Shown here piece after piece: positions 8,512 to 17,517 of a stretch of DNA of 64,000 bases (position 1 is its first letter; the number at the start of each line of letters is the position of its first letter). The position numbers and the translations under genes are program-made. This stretch comes from Candidatus Caccoplasma sp. GTDB lineage: Bacteria; Bacteroidota; Bacteroidia; Bacteroidales; G3-4614. Location of the stretch: assembly GCA_045587545.1 (NCBI GenBank), contig JAZNCN010000012.1, forward strand, positions 17,159 to 81,158, written 5' to 3'. The notes beneath the pieces are model-generated. The model had not been told where the DNA came from and searched no databases. It saw only the letters and a list, made by a program, of their open reading frames with translations.

Positions 8512-8615
8512 TGAAGTTCCCTCAAAACTTTGGACGTTAAACATGTTATTTATTCCTTAAAGTATTGAGCTTGGTATTATACCGGGCTCATTCTTTTTAG
8601 CTTCTTTTTTATTTA
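8512..8615 (-). mobile_element. Degenerate IS3-family remnant (OrfB C-terminus plus terminal inverted repeat)
   Basis: The minus strand reads KKLKRMSPV*YQAQYFKE*, like IS3/IS150 transposase ends (KLKGMSPVQYRAQ). It is followed by an IR-like end, tgaagttccctcaaaactttggac on +. Confidence 0.6.
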
Positions 8616-8620
8616 TAACA

Positions 8621-8683
8621 ATCACCCGTAGGGTAGCGTCAGCCAACAACTAACAGCTGACACCTAACAACTAAAAATTGATA
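8621..8683 (+). repeat. REP-like intergenic element (cccgtaggg hairpin plus caacta(a) short repeats)
   Basis: Related copies at ~10302-10356 (+), 13241-13292 (-), 20592-20645 (-) and 40968-41017 (-). Confidence 0.65.
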
Positions 8684-8752
8684 AATGGCAACTTTTTGCA
8701 ATTTAACCTTAAAAATATGTGGCAAAAGTTTTTTATTCAGAATATATTACAC

Positions 8753-8760
8753 TACCTTTG
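8753..8760 (+). promoter_or_regulatory. -7 promoter box for nhaD
   Basis: TACCTTTG matches TAnnTTTG, ~60 nt upstream of the ATG. Confidence 0.55.
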
Positions 8761-8822
8761 CATGCCAATTAAAGAAAATTTTCAGTAATTATATAATAAC
8801 ACAAACTAATTAAAATTTCATT

Positions 8823-10163
8823 ATGGAAATAGCAATTGTAATTGTCTTTATTTTGGGCTATGCGGCTATTGCATTGGAGCACCCGCTAAAAATAGACAAA
8901 ACCGCATCGGCTCTACTACTTGGAATGTTGTTGTGGACTATGTATGCAGTAGGAGTGTTGAATGGCAATGTTTTCCCCGAAGTTGATATTCATGACCTTG
9001 TAAGTTCGCATGGATCAATACGTCATCATTTGGGAGAGATCGCCGAGATTTTGTTCTTCTTGATGGGAGCAATGACCATTGTTGAACTTATTGATGTCCA
9101 CGGAGGATTCTCTGTAATTACCGACAAAATCAAAACCCGTAAGAAAATTAAATTGCTTTGGATATTGGCAATCCTAACATTCTTTATGTCTGCAGTATTG
9201 GATAACCTAACTACTTCTATTGTTATGGTGATGTTGTTGCGTAAGATAATTGCAGATCAAAAGGATCGTTGGATTTATGCAAGTATGGTAATTATTTCAG
9301 CAAATAGTGGAGGAGCTTGGAGTCCTATTGGCGATGTAACAACAATTATGCTGTGGGTAAAAGGAAATGTAACTACAGCCCCAATTATAGCATCATTATT
9401 AATTCCATCATTCATATCAATGGCTGTGCCTGTATTGTTGGCATCACGATATTTAAAAGGCGAGTTGCCACCAATCACTGCCAATGCAGAGTGCAAAAAA
9501 GAGAGCTGTGTAACATTCCGTGAGAGAAATCAAATATTTATATTGGGAGTATTGGCTCTATTGCTTGTGCCAGTATTTAAAACTTTAACTCATTTGCCTC
9601 CCTTTATAGGTGTATTGTTTACATTGAGCTTGTTGTGGATATTCTTGGAGTTGATGTATAACAAAAAATGTTTGGATAAATCACAAGAGCATCGTGTACC
9701 CAGCATATTGCAAAGAATAGATATGGCAACAATTCTATTCTTCTTAGGAATTTTGTTGGCAGTAGGAGTGTTGCAAGAGGTAGGTATTTTGAAAAACGTA
9801 GCAAACTACCTAACCGAGAATGTTGGTAATGTATATATCATAAATATTGTATTAGGAGCTTTATCATCAATAGTGGATAACGTGCCACTTGTGGCGGCAG
9901 CAATGGGTATGTACCCTATAGCAGAAGTAGGTGCGGTAGGATTTGATGCATTCTGCGTGCAAGACGGATTATTCTGGCACTTCCTTGCATACTGTGCAGG
10001 AGTAGGAGGTAGTATGTTAATTATCGGTTCTGCAGCCGGAGTAGTTGTAATGGGATTGGAGAAAATCAGTTTTGGCTGGTATCTAAAAAAAATCTCGCTA
10101 CTTGCATTGTTAGGCTACTTGGCAGGAGCTGGTTGGTTTGTATTGCAAGAGATGATATTCTAA
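8823..10163 (+). CDS. nhaD: Na+/H+ antiporter NhaD family
   Basis: Multi-TM protein with LDNLTT, ANSGGAWSPIGDVTT, VDNVPLVAA and GGSMLIIGSAAGV. Confidence 0.9.
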   Translation: MEIAIVIVFILGYAAIALEHPLKIDKTASALLLGMLLWTMYAVGVLNGNVFPEVDIHDLVSSHGSIRHHLGEIAEILFFLMGAMTIVELIDVHGGFSVITDKIKTRKKIKLLWILAILTFFMSAVLDNLTTSIVMVMLLRKIIADQKDRWIYASMVIISANSGGAWSPIGDVTTIMLWVKGNVTTAPIIASLLIPSFISMAVPVLLASRYLKGELPPITANAECKKESCVTFRERNQIFILGVLALLLVPVFKTLTHLPPFIGVLFTLSLLWIFLELMYNKKCLDKSQEHRVPSILQRIDMATILFFLGILLAVGVLQEVGILKNVANYLTENVGNVYIINIVLGALSSIVDNVPLVAAAMGMYPIAEVGAVGFDAFCVQDGLFWHFLAYCAGVGGSMLIIGSAAGVVVMGLEKISFGWYLKKISLLALLGYLAGAGWFVLQEMIF

Positions 10164-10248
10164 TAAAATAGTTGTTAGTTTTTATTTGTACGGTGCTACG
10201 CACCTCAGTTGTTACAAAATAAAAAAAAACTAACTTGAACTTAATACT

Positions 10249-10286
10249 GCAAAGGAGATATGCTTATGAGTGTATCTCCTTTTTTG
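10249..10286 (+). terminator. Rho-independent terminator after nhaD
   Basis: aaaggagatatgc-ttatga-gtgtatctcctttt stem followed by a T-run. Confidence 0.7.
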
Positions 10287-10301
10287 TGAATTTGCCCATA
10301 A

Positions 10302-10356
10302 TCTAACAACTAAAAACTACCCGTAGGGCGGCGGAGCCGACAACTAAAAACTGATA
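10302..10356 (+). repeat. REP-like element copy
   Basis: ctaacaactaaaaactacccgtagggcggcggagccgacaactaaaaactg. Confidence 0.65.
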
Positions 10357-10416
10357 GATGATTATTAAAAAACCTTATTATTTATAGTTTATAACCGATT
10401 AATGCTATTTTATTAT

Positions 10417-10424
10417 TATATTTG
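10417..10424 (+). promoter_or_regulatory. -7 promoter box for the thr operon
   Basis: TATATTTG ~57 nt upstream of the thrA ATG. Confidence 0.5.
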
Positions 10425-10480
10425 CTTTTTAAAACTTTTAAAAACATATGCACGTAAAAAGAGTGCAAGTAATATAAGAG

Positions 10481-12916
10481 ATGAAAGTATTAAAATTTGG
10501 AGGAACATCAGTAGGCACAGTTGAGAGTATCAAGTGTGTAAAAAAGATTGTTGAGGCTCGCGAAGATGAGAGCATAGTAGTAGTATCAGCATTAGGAGGC
10601 ATAACCGATAAACTTATTGAGTGTGCTAAAACTGCATCTACGGGCAATCTCGACTACACGCAAATAATGGATATAATAGCTTCTCGCCACTTTGACCAAA
10701 TAGCAGGAGCAGTTGCACCTGCCAAGCAAGAGTCTGTGCGACGCGATGTTGCAGCAATGCTCGACGAACTCGGAAATATTATGCGAGGAGTATCGTTGAT
10801 AAAAGACCTATCAGAAAAGACTCTAAACACCATATTAAGTTACGGAGAGAGATTATCTTCGCGAATAATAAGCGACATAATTGATGATGCTGTATGGTTT
10901 GACTCTCGCGAGTTTATAAAAACAAAAACACAGTTTGGTAAACATATAGTTGATTTTGACCTTACAAGCAAACTGATAAAAGAGAAGTTTGCCAAGTTGC
11001 CAAGGGTGTCGCTTGTTCCGGGATTTATATCGAGTGATATGAATACCAACGATGTAACAAACCTCGGACGCGGAGGCTCAGACTACACCGCTGCAATATT
11101 GGCATCGGAGTTGGGCGCTGATATGCTTGAGATTTGGACCGATGTTGACGGCTTTATGACAGCCGATCCTCGTACCATAAAAACTTCGTATGTAATTAAA
11201 CACCTCTCTTTTGTAGAGGCTATGGAGTTGTGTAACTTTGGAGCAAAAGTAATATACCCGCCAACAATATATCCCGTATATCACAAAAATATACCTATAG
11301 TAATTAAAAACACATTTAATCCCGAAGCTCCAGGAACACTTATAACAGAGCAGATACCTGACGGAGAATCAAAACCTATTAAGGGAATATCATCAATCAA
11401 CGACACCTGTTTGATAACCGTATCGGGATTAGGAATGGTAGGTATCATAGGAATTAACTCACGCATATTCAACGCACTCGCAAAATCGGGGATAAGCGTA
11501 TTTATGGTATCGCAAGCATCGTCGGAGAACAACACCTCGTTTGCTGTTAAAAATGCCGATGCCGATTTAGCAGTAGCAGTGCTAAACAAAGAGTTTGAGC
11601 AAGAGATAGCAATGGGCGAGATAAGTGAGGCGCAAGCCGAGCGCGACCTTGCAACCGTAGCAATCGTGGGCGAGAATATGAAACATACCCCGGGTATTGC
11701 AGGAAAACTCTTTAATATACTTGGTCGCAACGGTATAAGTGTAATAGCATGTGCGCAAGGAGCATCTGAGACAAACATTTCGTTTGTAATAGAGCATAAC
11801 AGTTTACGCAAAGCGATGAATGTAATACATGACTCTTTCTTCCTATCCGATGCTCAAGAGTTGAACCTCTTTGTAACAGGTGTGGGAACTGTTGGTCACG
11901 ACCTTTTGGAACAGATACGCTTACAACAACCCAAGTTGTTGAAAGATAAATCGTTGAAGTTGAACATATGCGGAATAGCAAACTCTCGCAAATGTATATT
12001 CTCACGTGATGGCATATCGTTAGAGAACTACATCGAGGAGTTAGAAAATTCAACACTTGCAGCATCACCGTCGGTAATTAGAGATGAGATAATAAAGATG
12101 AATATCTTTAATTCGGTATTTGTCGATTGCACTGCAAGTGAAGCAGTGGCAGGAATATATCGCGATCTATTGGAACATAATGTATCAGTGGTGGCAGCCA
12201 ACAAAGTATCTGCTTCATCGCCATATGCTAACTATGCAGCACTAAAAGAGACTGCACGTCGCAGAGATGTAAAATACCTCTTTGAGACAAATGTAGGAGC
12301 AGGACTACCCATCATCAGCACCATAAACGGATTGATGAATAGTGGAGACAAGATATTACGTATTGAGGCTGTTGTGTCGGGAACACTAAACTATATCTTT
12401 AGTACATTGAGCGAAGATGTACCATTGAGTAAAGCCATAAGAATGGCAAAAGAGGCAGGATATAGCGAGCCCGATCCACGACTTGACCTTAACGGACAAG
12501 ACGTATTACGCAAGTTGGTAATCCTTGCACGTGAGTCGGGTTATGCTGTTGAGCAAGCCGATGTAGAGAAGGAGTTGTTTATACCCGATGAGATGTTTGA
12601 AGGTTCTCTTGATGATTTCTGGCGCGATATACCAAAACTTGATGCAAAATTTGAGGCACGCCGTAGAGAGGTGGCAGCGCAAGGACGCAAATTGCGTTTT
12701 ATAGCAACACTTGATAACGGCAAAATGCACATAGGATTGAGAGCGGTTGACCAACGTCACCCATTCTATCAACTCGAAGGAAGCAACAATATAATACTTA
12801 TAACCACCGAACGCTATAAAGAGTATCCAATGATAATTAAGGGATACGGAGCGGGAGCATCGGTTACCGCAGCTGGAGTATTTGCGGATATAATAAGTAT
12901 TGCAAATATCCGTTAG
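10481..12916 (+). CDS. thrA: Bifunctional aspartate kinase / homoserine dehydrogenase I
   Basis: MKVLKFGGTSVG, LGRGGSDYTA, ACT domains, GVGTVG, ETNVGAGLPII, EPDPRLDL. Confidence 0.97.
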   Translation: MKVLKFGGTSVGTVESIKCVKKIVEAREDESIVVVSALGGITDKLIECAKTASTGNLDYTQIMDIIASRHFDQIAGAVAPAKQESVRRDVAAMLDELGNIMRGVSLIKDLSEKTLNTILSYGERLSSRIISDIIDDAVWFDSREFIKTKTQFGKHIVDFDLTSKLIKEKFAKLPRVSLVPGFISSDMNTNDVTNLGRGGSDYTAAILASELGADMLEIWTDVDGFMTADPRTIKTSYVIKHLSFVEAMELCNFGAKVIYPPTIYPVYHKNIPIVIKNTFNPEAPGTLITEQIPDGESKPIKGISSINDTCLITVSGLGMVGIIGINSRIFNALAKSGISVFMVSQASSENNTSFAVKNADADLAVAVLNKEFEQEIAMGEISEAQAERDLATVAIVGENMKHTPGIAGKLFNILGRNGISVIACAQGASETNISFVIEHNSLRKAMNVIHDSFFLSDAQELNLFVTGVGTVGHDLLEQIRLQQPKLLKDKSLKLNICGIANSRKCIFSRDGISLENYIEELENSTLAASPSVIRDEIIKMNIFNSVFVDCTASEAVAGIYRDLLEHNVSVVAANKVSASSPYANYAALKETARRRDVKYLFETNVGAGLPIISTINGLMNSGDKILRIEAVVSGTLNYIFSTLSEDVPLSKAIRMAKEAGYSEPDPRLDLNGQDVLRKLVILARESGYAVEQADVEKELFIPDEMFEGSLDDFWRDIPKLDAKFEARRREVAAQGRKLRFIATLDNGKMHIGLRAVDQRHPFYQLEGSNNIILITTERYKEYPMIIKGYGAGASVTAAGVFADIISIANIR

Positions 12917-13231
12917 AGTCGGATTGTGATAATGGTTTATCTCCTGCCTAACTTGTAGGTATCGGGTTTGCTCACATACGTTTGTATGCTCACGGCACCC
13001 TCACCAAAGTTAGTTGTATCTAAACCATTCTGACAATCCTTGAAATGAGAGAAAATATCCGTTAGAGTCGGATTGTGATAATGGCTTATCTCCTGCCTAA
13101 CTTGTAGGTATCGGGTTTGCTCACATACGTTTGTATGCTCACGGCACCCTCACCAAAGTTAGTTGTATTTAAACCATTCTGACAATCCTTGAAATGAGAG
13201 AAAATATCCGTTAGAGTCGGATTGTGATAAT
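12904..13231. repeat. 149-bp tandem repeat (2 copies plus a 30-bp third start), each holding a ~119-bp imperfect palindrome
   Basis: aaatatccgttagagtcggattgtgataat starts at 12904, 13053 and 13202. The two full copies differ at 2 positions. Confidence 0.93.
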
Positions 13232-13240
13232 AGCTACTTA

Positions 13241-13292
13241 AGTTGTTAGTTTTTAGTTTTCGGCTTCGCTACCCTACGGGTGGTTTTTAGTT
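13241..13292 (-). repeat. REP-like element copy
   Basis: Reverse complement aactaaaaaccacccgtagggtagcgaagccgaaaactaaaaactaacaact matches the 8621 and 10302 copies. Confidence 0.7.
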
Positions 13293-13349
13293 AAGTGTCT
13301 AAAAACCAACAACTAAGGCGCATAAGCGCCGCACAACTTAGGAAAGATA

Positions 13350-14558
13350 ATGAAATACATAATAATACTTGGAGACGGAATGGCTGATGAGCCAATAGAA
13401 GAGTTAGGCGGAAAAACACCTCTTCAGGCGGCTAATACGCCATCGATGGACTGGATTGCCCGAAACGGGCGATGCGGTCTGTTAAAAAGCGTCCCTGACG
13501 GGTATGCCCCGGGTAGCGAAGTGGCAAATCTTGCAATACTCGGTTATGACCTTGATAAAGTTTTTGAAGGTAGAGGCTCGTTAGAGGCAGCAAGTATGGG
13601 TGTAAAAATAGAGGACAACGAAGTTGCAATGCGTTGTAACCTCATATGTGTACAAGATGGAAAGATAAAAAATCACTCGGCAGGTCATATCTCAAATGAG
13701 GAGGCAAACGAGTTGATAAACTATATGCAACAAGAGTTGGGAGGGGGAGATATAAATCTATTCCCCGGAATATCGTATCGTCACCTTTTGAAAATTAAAA
13801 ACGGAGATAAACGCATAAAATGTACGCCACCTCACGATGTTCCGGGTACTCCATGCGCTGATGTTATGGTTCAGGCGCAAGTAGAGGAGGCACAAGCAAC
13901 AGCCGATAAGATAAATACGCTTATCAAAAAATCGCAAGAGTTGTTGCCACTCCACTCTGTAAACCAAAAACGAGTAGCAGAGGGTAAAGACCCTGCCAAC
14001 AGCCTATGGCCATGGTCTCCGGGCTATCGTCCGGCTATGGATACATTCCAACAACAATATGGAATAAAGAGCGGAGCTGTTATATCGGCAGTAGATTTGA
14101 TAAAAGGAATAGGCGTATATGCAGGACTAACCTCAATTGAGGTAGAAGGAGCGACAGGGTTGTATAATACCAACTATGAAGGTAAAGCCGAAGCTGCAAT
14201 AAAAGCGTTACGAGAGAATGACTTTTTGTTTTTGCACGTAGAGGCGAGTGATGAGGCGGGACATGAAGGAGATTATGAGTTGAAGAAGAGAACAATAGAG
14301 TATCTTGATAGTCGCATAATTTTACCAATATTGGAGGCGATGCCCACATTGGGCGATGCTCTTACAATAGCCCTATTGCCCGATCACCCAACACCTTGTC
14401 GCCTACGCACTCACACACGCGATGCAGTACCCTTTGCAATATACACTCCTGGTGTAGAGCCTGACGAAGTGGAGGAGTACAACGAGTTCAGCGTAAAACA
14501 AGGCAGTTATACAACGCTCACAGGAGCGCAATTTATAAAAGAGATATTTAAACAATAA
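13350..14558 (+). CDS. apgM: Cofactor-independent phosphoglycerate mutase family protein (ApgM-like; proposed homoserine kinase)
   Basis: ILGDGMADEP...GGKTPLQAA, GSEVANL, HVEASDEAGH, LPDHPTP. Lies between thrA and thrC. Confidence 0.88.
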   Translation: MKYIIILGDGMADEPIEELGGKTPLQAANTPSMDWIARNGRCGLLKSVPDGYAPGSEVANLAILGYDLDKVFEGRGSLEAASMGVKIEDNEVAMRCNLICVQDGKIKNHSAGHISNEEANELINYMQQELGGGDINLFPGISYRHLLKIKNGDKRIKCTPPHDVPGTPCADVMVQAQVEEAQATADKINTLIKKSQELLPLHSVNQKRVAEGKDPANSLWPWSPGYRPAMDTFQQQYGIKSGAVISAVDLIKGIGVYAGLTSIEVEGATGLYNTNYEGKAEAAIKALRENDFLFLHVEASDEAGHEGDYELKKRTIEYLDSRIILPILEAMPTLGDALTIALLPDHPTPCRLRTHTRDAVPFAIYTPGVEPDEVEEYNEFSVKQGSYTTLTGAQFIKEIFKQ

Positions 14559-14562
14559 AGCA

Positions 14563-15867
14563 ATGATATATTACAGTACTAACGGACAAGCACCCGATGC
14601 AACATTAGCCGAAGCAGTAGTAAAGGGATTGGCATCGGACAAAGGTTTGTTTATGCCAGAGAAGATAAAGACTCTACCTCAAGAGTTCTTTGATAAGATA
14701 CAAGATATGAGCTTCCAGGAGATTGCATTTGAAGTGGCAAATGCATTCTTTGGAGAAGATATAGAGCCTGAAACGCTACGTAAAATAGTATATGACACAT
14801 TATCATTTGATGCTCCTGCGGTAAAGATTGAAGAGAGCATATACTCGTTAGAGTTGTTTCATGGTCCCACGCTTGCATTCAAAGATGTGGGAGCAAGATT
14901 TATGGCACGTCTCTTAGGGCACTTTATAGCACAAGAGGGCGAAGGACGCGAAGTAAACGTATTGGTGGCAACATCGGGAGATACAGGAAGTGCTGTTGCC
15001 AACGGATTTTTGGGCGTAACAGGCATAAAAGTATATGTACTATATCCTCATGCAAAAGTAACCGAGATACAAGAGAAGCAATTTACCACACTCGGACAAA
15101 ACATAACTGCAATAGAGGTAGAGGGAACATTTGACGATTGCCAGGCATTGGTAAAATCGGCATTTATGGATAAAGAGTTAAACGAAGCGATGAAACTAAC
15201 TTCGGCAAACTCAATAAACGTAGCACGATTCTTACCTCAAGCATTCTACTACTTTTACGCATACGCACAACTCAAAAAAGCAGGCAAGGCTGATAATGTA
15301 GTATGTTGTGTGCCAAGCGGTAACTTTGGGAACATAACAGCCGGATTGTTTGGCAAACGAATGGGGTTGCCCATCAAACGTTTTATAGCAGCCAACAACC
15401 GCAACGATGTATTTTTGGAATATCTAAACACAGGCAAATACAACCCACGTCCATCGGTTGCCACAATAGCAAATGCAATGGACGTAGGCGATCCCAGTAA
15501 CTTTGCCCGAATATTGGCACTATATGAAAACTCTCACCAAGCAATAACTGCGGAAATAAGCGGAGTATCATATAACGATGAAGAGATACGTCAAACAGTA
15601 AAGGAGGCATATGCCCGTACAGGATACCTGTTAGATCCACACGGAGCATGTGGATATCGAGCATTGCGAGAAAAACTCGCTGATGGCGAAGTAGGTTTCT
15701 TCTTGGAGACAGCGCACCCAGCAAAATTCCTTAATACTGTAGAGGAGGTAATAGACGAGAAAGTGGAAATACCCGAACGTCTTCAGGCCTTTATGCGAGG
15801 TACAAAAGAGAGCGTAATGATGAAACCTAACTTTGCAGACCTTAAAACTTTTTTATTAAGTAGATAG
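14563..15867 (+). CDS. thrC: Threonine synthase
   Basis: LELFHGPTLAFKDVG (PLP Lys), ATSGDTG, SANSIN, VPSGNFGN, TAHPAKF. Confidence 0.96.
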   Translation: MIYYSTNGQAPDATLAEAVVKGLASDKGLFMPEKIKTLPQEFFDKIQDMSFQEIAFEVANAFFGEDIEPETLRKIVYDTLSFDAPAVKIEESIYSLELFHGPTLAFKDVGARFMARLLGHFIAQEGEGREVNVLVATSGDTGSAVANGFLGVTGIKVYVLYPHAKVTEIQEKQFTTLGQNITAIEVEGTFDDCQALVKSAFMDKELNEAMKLTSANSINVARFLPQAFYYFYAYAQLKKAGKADNVVCCVPSGNFGNITAGLFGKRMGLPIKRFIAANNRNDVFLEYLNTGKYNPRPSVATIANAMDVGDPSNFARILALYENSHQAITAEISGVSYNDEEIRQTVKEAYARTGYLLDPHGACGYRALREKLADGEVGFFLETAHPAKFLNTVEEVIDEKVEIPERLQAFMRGTKESVMMKPNFADLKTFLLSR

Positions 15868-15928
15868 GGAAACTCAGGTTTTTAGTTGTTAACTCATATC
15901 ATATAAATATTATTAAAGATATACTTGT

Positions 15929-15971
15929 AAAGTGAATCCCAAAGATTGGAAAAAACTTTTGGGTTCACTTT
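15929..15971. repeat. Palindrome resembling back-to-back IS3-type termini (terminator or MITE-like)
   Basis: aaagtgaatcccaaagatt...aacttttgggttcacttt. Confidence 0.5.
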
Positions 15972-16038
15972 TATCTTTATATATTCTTCTTTGTCTGATA
16001 AGGAGAGAACATACAATACCGGACAAAATAATAGAGAT

Positions 16039-16071
16039 AGACATAAAACGAATATTATTCGTTTTATGTCT
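16039..16071. terminator. Hairpin/terminator between convergent thrC and ZIP genes
   Basis: agacataaaacgaat-att-attcgttttatgtct perfect stem. Confidence 0.6.
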
Positions 16072-16104
16072 GGTTATAACAATTACGGGTTGATTTTTAT
16101 CCTT

Positions 16105-16908
16105 TTATAGCGCACCATCTAAAATCATCATAAGAGCAAATCCCAATGCAACGCCAATGGTGGCGATATTTGAGTGTTTGCCCGATTGTCCTTCGGGTAT
16201 AATCTCCTCAACAATAACATATAGCATTGCACCTCCGGCAAAGGCAAGAATAGCAGGGAAAATAGGCATAAAGCTCTCAATTATAAACATTGTTGCAATG
16301 GCGGATAGAGGTTGTACCAATCCTGTTGCCGACCCAAGAAGAAATGATTTGGTTTTGCTTACACCCATATTATTAAGCGGAGCAGATACAACAGCCCCTT
16401 CTGGTATGTTTTGTAGTGCCATTCCCACCGATAATGCTATTGCTGAAGCCGCAGTAATCATCTCTCCTCCCGATATTGCGCCACCCAATACAACACCTAT
16501 TGCCATACCCTCGGGAATATGGTGTATGGTTATGGCAAGAATAAGCATGGTGCTTTTGTGAATACCTGATGATATACCCTCAACCGAGTTTGATGATAGG
16601 TGTATATGTGGAGTAAAAGTGTCAAGCAGTAACAAAAAAAACATACCTGCAATAAAACCTAATGTAGGCGATAGCCAGGGAATGGTATCTTGTTTCTCGG
16701 CAAGATCCATGGCAGGTTGCATAAGCGACCATATAATGGCTGCAAGCATTACACCGGCAGCAAAGCCAAGCATCAGTTTTTGTGATGGAGAGTTATTATC
16801 ACTCTTTATAAGAAATACACTTGCAGCACCAACCACGCACCCTATTATGGGTATTACAAGACACAGAATAATAAGCAGTGTTGTGTTATTTGAAAAAACC
16901 TCTGACAT
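16105..16908 (-). CDS. ZIP family (GufA/ZupT-like) metal transporter
   Basis: GFAAGVMLAA, AITIHHIPEGMAIGV, QNIPEGAVVS, AFAGGAMLYVIVEEIIPE. Confidence 0.92.
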   Translation of the reverse strand: MSEVFSNNTTLLIILCLVIPIIGCVVGAASVFLIKSDNNSPSQKLMLGFAAGVMLAAIIWSLMQPAMDLAEKQDTIPWLSPTLGFIAGMFFLLLLDTFTPHIHLSSNSVEGISSGIHKSTMLILAITIHHIPEGMAIGVVLGGAISGGEMITAASAIALSVGMALQNIPEGAVVSAPLNNMGVSKTKSFLLGSATGLVQPLSAIATMFIIESFMPIFPAILAFAGGAMLYVIVEEIIPEGQSGKHSNIATIGVALGFALMMILDGAL

Positions 16909-17302
16909 ACTTTTTTAATGTGAAATAAAATTTTGATGTATACGGAGCGGCAATCAATGCTGCCATTCCACCTGCAATATTACATAAAAAATCGTAAATA
17001 TCACCATTGCGGGTATCTGTAAAAATTTCTTGACCAATTTCGGTCAATAATGCCAATACAACTATTATAGCCGAAATAATGAGTATAGCCTTTTTACGAG
17101 CTACCCAAATGAGGTCAATAAAGAGAGCCGATGTAACACCAAAATACATTATGAAATGAACAAACTTATCGGCATGTTCAAATATTAAGAATTTGGGGAC
17201 ATTTAACTCCTCTCCATTTCTAAACGACAAGTATAAGAGTAAAATAATAGCAATCATACTTAGCCTGTATTTAATTACTATATTTATAACACTCTTGAAC
17301 AT
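16886..17302 (-). CDS. VanZ family membrane protein
   Basis: DKFVHFIMYF...TEIGQEIFTDTRNGDIYDFLCNIAG. Confidence 0.85.
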   Translation of the reverse strand: MFKSVINIVIKYRLSMIAIILLLYLSFRNGEELNVPKFLIFEHADKFVHFIMYFGVTSALFIDLIWVARKKAILIISAIIVVLALLTEIGQEIFTDTRNGDIYDFLCNIAGGMAALIAAPYTSKFYFTLKKYVRGFFK

Positions 17303-17517
17303 ATCGCAGTTGCTTATAAAATGTTTTATATGATTAAAAAAACTTTTACGAAGGTACCTCTTTTTTATGGTACATTAAATAAAGGAGATAATAAATAATG
17401 TTCTTTTTAGGTGAAAAATATTTTTTTACTACATTTGTAAGGAATGTTGGACTATCTCTATATCCCATATTCTTTCATGAGAATAATTTTTAATTGAGTT
17501 CAGACAAAATAAAGAAA

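Noticed and set aside
10290-10480. Thr attenuator leader peptide upstream of thrA
   Set aside because: No Thr/Ile-rich short ORF with terminator/antiterminator was found.
12904-13231. Three 30-bp direct repeats at regular spacing, superficially CRISPR-like
   Set aside because: The intervening 119-bp sequences are near-identical and too long for spacers, and there are no cas genes. It is a tandem duplication.
16886-17302. VanZ (with ddl at 53213) as glycopeptide resistance
   Set aside because: Generic VanZ-like membrane protein with no van cluster; ddl is in its usual PASTA-rluD-ddl core context.
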